Positions 58,792-64,000 of a stretch of DNA of 64,000 nt are shown here, piece by piece. Every line of letters starts with the position of its first letter. Positions within the stretch are counted from its first letter, which is position 1. This DNA is from Octopus vulgaris (taxonomy: Eukaryota): the NCBI GenBank assembly GCA_951406725.2, contig OX597828.1:26226001-26290000 (forward strand). Reading direction: 5' to 3'. The notes below the pieces were generated by a model that saw nothing but the letters and a program-made list of their open reading frames with translations, had not been told where the DNA came from and searched no databases. The position numbers and the translations under genes were made by a program.

Positions 58792-58935
58792 GATGGGCTT
58801 CTTTCAGTTTCTGTCTACCAAATTCACTCACAAGGCACTGTATGGCCTGGGGCTCTCATAGAAGACACCATGTCCAAGGTTGCCATACAGTAAGACTGAA
58901 CCTGAAACCATGTGGTTGGAAAGCAAACCTTTTAA
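58792..58935 (-). mobile_element. SINE family B 5' half
   Basis: gggcttctttcagtttctgtctaccaaattcactcacaaggc...aaaccatgtggttggaaagcaa. Confidence 0.78.
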
Positions 58936-58992
58936 TGAAAGAAAAAAATATCCTTTTCATGTATAAAAAGAAAAACAAAAATAGAAAAAGTA

Positions 58993-60425
58993 CACTAAAC
59001 TGCAAAAGAAACGTGATTTTTTCAAATGTCATTTTTATATGGTAAATTCTGAAAATATATTCCGGGGGTGTAAGTGTAAATATTCCAAGACATGCTGGTT
59101 TATGGCTGTGACCCAAATTGCAGGTAACCTTTCAACTCTCCCTGAAACAAGATGCCAAAATGCAGCTGCATTGAATGCCATGTGTTGCAGTCGCAAACAA
59201 TTGTCATGAAAACTGAAATGCACATGCATCTCATGGAGGTCATGGGTACAAAAATCAACTTGAACTAAGTTGCTGGTATTCGTAGTTTAAATGCATCAGG
59301 TATGACCCGATTGTCAGCAGCACAGAGCAAACAAGCTATCAGCCAATTGCAAGCAGAGCAGCATGCCCTGGTTGTTGCGAAACCTTACAATTGTATCACC
59401 TGCAACAGTGATACAATACCAACAGCACTGCAGACAGTGCCTACAGAGGGTGCCCCCAGGTGACCACGTCCAGGCAGGACCACTTTATCCACCTACAACA
59501 CCTCTGTGATCGCTTCAGACCAGCCAGCATGACAGCTCACAAGACCATTGGCACTAGACAGTGACCTTTCAGCAACGACATAGTATGATGATGACTGAGC
59601 CACCAACAACCTGTCGTCCTGCTGAAGGGCTCGTCTTCACTGCCTGCCACCATCAAGCACGACTACAGTGGACTACACAGCACCAACATTGGTGGCATCA
59701 ACAATGGAGGTCGATAGTCTTCTTTGATGGCAGAGTGAGGGTGTGGCAATGATTGGGGTGGCCAAAGCATCATGGCTTCGAGTGCTATAGGCTTGACTCA
59801 GAGAATTGGGCCCCATGTGTTCCAAAATGCAGGCAGAGAGAATGGCATTCAAGCACAGCACTACGTTGACCAAATCCTAAGACTTCATATCATGCCCTTC
59901 TTCACACATCACCACAGCCATGTGTTCCAGCAGGACAATGCTCCCTCCCACATGGACAGGGTCACCAAGGACTTACTGCATCAGCACATCAGAACCATGC
60001 CATAGCTGGCTCTCAGCCCAGATTTGAACCCAATTGAACACCTGTGGGATGGGATCCAGAGACGGCTGAACCAGGTGGTCCCAAGGTCTACAACTCATGT
60101 AGAACTGGAGGCAGCTTTCCTCAGGGTGTGGACACTGGTGCCAATGGCTTTCATGAACCACCTCATGCAATCCATGTACTGATGGTGTATGGCCGTTTTG
60201 AACACCCAGGGAGGGCATACACGTTATTAAACATGTCACACCCTACAATCTCAATGTACTGGATCCGCCCACTACCAGAACACAAGACAACAACCCATAG
60301 ACTGTGGTCAAAATGAATCCAAGAAATTGGACTTTATCAGATTTATCAAAATTTATCTCTGACATAATGAATTTAAAACATATTTCACAATCACACACGT
60401 TTCATGTTTCTTTTGCAATTCAGTG
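58993..60425 (+). mobile_element. Decayed Tc1-like DNA transposon with both ends (about 1.43 kb)
   Basis: Left end TA|CACTAAACTGCAAAAGAAACGTG at 58991. Right-end reverse complement TA|CACTGAATTGCAAAAGAAACATG ending 60427. TA target duplications. Internal transposase remnant. Confidence 0.9.
59302..60230 (+). pseudogene. Tc1-family transposase pseudogene (DD34E-like)
   Basis: N-terminus MTRLSAAQSKQAISQLQA..VVAKPYNC (HTH-like); catalytic region VFQQDNAPSH...MP*LALSPDLNPIEHLWD; end GHTRY*. In-frame stop and frameshifts; D-to-E spacing is 33 in this copy. Confidence 0.88.
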
Positions 60426-60878
60426 TATTTGAATTGAACAAGGGTTTCCATTTTGATAGAGAAATACTTTCCAGAAAGTCACATGAGCAGAGATATATTT
60501 AGGCAACTTGAGTTGTTTTAAACAACAATCTTTATACACTGATCATTCAAAAACACCAGAATACCTGAACACAGACGTATTGATATATACACATTTATAC
60601 ACACATACATGCATATATACACACACATATATTATACATATACACATAAATACAAACACATACAAACACATACAAACATGCACACATACATACCTACATA
60701 TTCTTACATATACATACATACAAGCACATGCGTACACACACAAATGCATGCATACACACACACACATACACTTTTATATGTTCATGTACACATACACACA
60801 CCAGCATACATGCATTTATTGACAATGCTTACTGACATCTCTCCTCCTCCTCCTCCTCCACTGCTAAACATACACAAT

Positions 60879-60919
<41 letters not shown>

Positions 60920-61620
60920 CACACATACATGGATAAAGACACATGCACACACCAAACACCTCATCACTTAACAAAAATGACATGTGACTTTGAATTGAAT
61001 AATCAGCGGGAAGGGTTGGGGGTGGGGGGGCTGAAAGAGGGAGGGTACAGATTGGGGGGTGGTGGGGTGGAGTGGAAGTGGAGGCAGGGAGGGAGGGAGC
61101 TGACGCAAAGCGAGGAGTGGTAACTGCAGTGTTTAGCTGAAGTAGAGTTGTAAGTACTCCGGTGAGTACTCTAGTGTGAAGTACTGTGGTTTTTGATATT
61201 TGAGATATTTCAGGTGAGTACACGCTAAAGAGGAGGAGTACCAGGGTAAATGGCTACATCACTCAGGATGTGACTGGTGGGGATGCTATGTTGACCCCTA
61301 CTACCACCACCACCACCACCACCACCACCACCACCACCATTATCACTACCATCACATCAACACCATCACCACTAAAAGAATGAAAGCAAAGATGATGCTG
61401 ACAGGGAAGATGAGGAGATGAGAAGAGGAGTAGGAGAGAAACTCAAAAGTAGAGGTGGGAGAGAGGAAGAAATAGAAATACAGAGAGGTTAAAGAGAGGG
61501 GGAGAGAGAGAGAGAGAGAAAGAGAAAGAGAGACTGATAGACAGTAAGATAGAGAAAGGCACAGAGGATAGTATAGGGAGAAAGAGAGAGAAGGAAGTAA
61601 TAGCAACAGGCCAAACAAAG

Positions 61621-61679
<59 letters not shown>

Positions 61680-61764
61680 GGGAAAGAAGGAAAAACAGAA
61701 AGCTATGACTGAGATTAAAGAATTAAATAAAAGGCGTGTGTTCATGTGTATGAATGGGACTAGG

Positions 61765-61798
<34 letters not shown>

Positions 61799-62261
61799 AA
61801 GAGAGATAACTAAGGTAAGCTATCTTGTTAGGATGATTGGCAGTTAATTGCTAATTAAATGCTCTAATTATCTTTGCAATGCTGACAACTGCTATTTGCT
61901 GCAAATCATGCCTTCTCAACAAAGTTGAGGGGAGAGAGGGAGAGAGGGAGAGAGGGAGAGAGGGAGAGAGAGACCGAGAAAGAAAGAGACATAGAGAAAG
62001 AGATAGAGAGAAAGAGAGAGACAGCGAGAAAGAGATGGAGAGAAAGAGACATAGAGAAAGAGAGAGACAGAGAGAAAGAGAGAGAGAGACAGAGAGAGAA
62101 AGAGGTGTGATTTTTTGATAAGAATGGTAAGGGTTTGGAAAAGGAAGAGGTGAGGGTTTATACAGCAAGACCTAGATCTAAGAGGAAGAGAGTAAGAAAG
62201 AGAAGTGGTGAGGGGAGTGAGAGACAGTTAAAAAAATATTTTCAAAGTTGGGAGTTCATTT

Positions 62262-62299
<38 letters not shown>

Positions 62300-62528
62300 G
62301 AAGTGACATGGGGGTAGGATGGAGGGGGGGATATTTTATAATAATATTTATTATTTTATTTTATTTCATTTTATTTTATGTATTATTTATGTATTTTACT
62401 CTACAATCTTTTTGTGTTTTTAGCTGTTGTTGCTGTCGTCCTTCAAGATTCTGAGAACTTCTGGGCAAATATAAAAAAATAATTCCTGAAGTGTTGATGG
62501 AAAGGTGGGTGGGGTGGGATGGGGTAAG

Positions 62529-62815
<287 letters not shown>

Positions 62816-63063
62816 GGGGGAGATTGATGGGCAGATAGGGAGTAGAGGGTGAGGGCAGTTACTGAAGTTGCTCTTCTTTTTGTTTGTTTATTTTAAATTG
62901 TATTTATTTTTTTATTAATCTGTGTTGGAGGTTGCCTTCTAAAATGGGTATTAAATAAGGGTGAATAATGGGTGCGAAGATGTGTGAAGAGCATGTGTAA
63001 TAGGCATTTGTATGTTTTGCTAAAGAAATGTTCTTTTCATTTGTAGTTCCTTTCCATTCAGCT

Positions 63064-63097
<34 letters not shown>

Positions 63098-63123
63098 GCC
63101 CTCTTGCATTCTCTCTCTCTTTA

Positions 63124-63174
<51 letters not shown>

Positions 63175-63212
63175 GTGTATATATATGTTATATATATATA
63201 TATATATATATG

Positions 63213-63250
<38 letters not shown>

Positions 63251-64000
63251 AAAAAAAAAAAAAATATATATACGTTTAAATATTTGTTGTGCAAGATTTT
63301 TTATGTGAAGTCGTGTGTTGAAACAGATATTGTTATATTTCGGAATGGTCATATTGCCAGTTTAGCCAATAAAAACACACGCACTATATATTTGGTGTTA
63401 TTTTGCTTCAGTGATATTTATTTTTTACATTAATCTTAATCTTATTTCGGCCAAAGTTCTTTCGTCACACTCCTGTGACCGCATCAGTGGTCCTTTGTTT
63501 TCTTCTCACTTACTTGTGTCTCTCCTTACTAACCGTCAGCCATTTTGTATTTCTATTGTATGTCTTCATTTGCGCATGCTTATATCTCTATGTGCGTCTA
63601 TGTTTATTTAGTGTGTGGGGGGGGATGCCTGTAATATTTGTATCTTCTGGTTATATACATTCTTGTAATTTGTATTTTGTTTTTGTTGTTGTTGCTTTTG
63701 TTCTAATTTTATTCATGTGTTTACATCCACCCATTATTATCATTACATATGCTTGTATGTATGTATAACAACAATATTAGTAATAATAATAATAAATCTA
63801 ATCGAGAAAAAAAAAAAAAAAAAAAAAAAGAATATACATATACATATATATATATATACATACATATACATATACATATATATATATATATATATACATA
63901 TATACACACATATATACACATATACATATACATATATATACACATATACATATATATAGATATTCATTTCTATTTCTTTAATTACCTGTGTATTTATTAT

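Overview
AT-rich, extremely microsatellite-dense animal genomic DNA. The SINE sequences and (TA)n/(ATT)n/(CA)n load look like an octopus genome, which is an inference from recalled repeat sequences, not a search. The only protein-coding exon I can support is the last coding exon of a ONECUT/HNF6 homeobox gene on the minus strand (35110-35399). Its CUT-domain exon is not visible, so 35400-64000 is probably one intron of more than 28 kb, and the sequence to its left is 3' UTR then intergenic. The rest is repeats: several tRNA-headed SINE families (one full-length with a 13-bp TSD), a decayed Tc1-like transposon with both TIRs and TA TSDs (58993-60425), mariner remnants, a 248-bp tandem repeat and several long hairpins. 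Nearly all listed ORFs are translated microsatellites. The most interesting signal is at 125-655: a tRNA/Pol III-like head, a (TAA)n tract and a module with a minimal type I hammerhead-ribozyme fold, preceded by an inverted copy of the same module. This is a Penelope-like arrangement and suggests a ribozyme-bearing, possibly Penelope-mobilised SINE or retrozyme. Other short elements, mostly inside (TA)n tracts, also show foldbacks and partial hammerhead cores.
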